From the NCBI GenBank assembly GCA_002189035.1, contig NEEC01000004.1, positions 2,418,001 to 2,482,000 on the forward strand: DNA of 64,000 bases, written 5' to 3'. The position numbers and the translations under genes were made by a program. The DNA comes from Utricularia gibba. Lineage: Eukaryota > Plantae > Magnoliophyta. Below, piece by piece: positions 63,567 through 64,000 of the stretch (its first letter is position 1; every line of letters begins with the position of its first letter). The notes under the pieces are model-generated. The model did not search any database and was not told the origin of the DNA. It saw nothing but the letters and a program-made list of their open reading frames with translations.

Positions 63567-64000
63567 TCCTCAACTAAATTTCCATTTAGGAAAGCTATTT
63601 TCACATCCATGTGCCATATCTCATAATCAAAATAAGCTACAATGAAGCAAAATTCGAATGGACTTCAGCATAGCAACAAGTGAGAAGGTTTCGACATAAT
63701 CAACACCTTATTTTTGACGATACCCTATTACCATATTTCATGACAAGGTTACGTTGTTGGACTGATCTTCAGACATGAAGCATACTTGGTACATTTGACA
63801 AGTCAGATTGCTTTGGTTGATTGCTTACTGATACATTACCAACTTATGGGATACAATTTTGAGATGGTGAGCTCATATTACCTTTTGAGTCACCCACTGG
63901 TGTCTCTATAGATGATGTTGGCTCATTCTCAACCATCTCTTCAAATTCAAACCGACTCCCACTTGCTTCTTTGAAAAGAAACTCTTTCTCTAGAAAGACA

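Larger units (their letters stand above)
57884..64000 (-). mobile_element. Angela/Ikeros-like Ty1/copia element (3' LTR plus degenerate RT/RNaseH, runs off the window) with two nested inserts
   Basis: 3' LTR 57884-59108 with perfect 8-bp terminal IR TGTTAGTA/TACTAACA, and PPT AGTGGAAGAT 59118-59109. Motifs: NITDPLTK, LLYCDNAGVISNAK.PWSHQK, EAEYIAASDA, AYILGIKIYRDRSK, IWHMDVKIAFLNGN, VFLEKEFL. Confidence 0.9.

Overview
Angiosperm (plant) nuclear DNA: AT-rich, with spliceosomal introns. The six-frame ORF track mostly shows exon fragments and antisense shadows. I reconstructed eight intron-containing genes by eye from GT-AG junctions and phase checks: a filament-like plant protein (FPP4/6-like, +, two frameshifts in the last exon), a clade-2 glutamate receptor-like channel (-), a GH9B endoglucanase (-), an INSIG-like membrane protein (+), an HVA22/REEP protein (+), E2FC (-), a short WEB/DUF827 protein (-) and a type-II AT-hook AHL (-). 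Between them lie layered transposon remains: six delimited Athila-like solo LTRs with exact or near-exact 5-bp TSDs plus one eroded copy, several Ty1/copia fragments, a hAT transposase pseudogene, and an Angela-like copia carrying two nested inserts. The three strongest oddities are (1) a 109-bp-arm near-perfect inverted duplication about 1 kb upstream of the GLR gene with a template-switch scar, (2) a copia fragment whose primer-binding site matches the 3' end of tRNA-Leu rather than tRNA-iMet, and (3) a multi-switch filler-DNA junction at the end of that fragment. I found no rRNA, intact tRNA or CRISPR array. All family assignments come from remembered motifs, not database searches.
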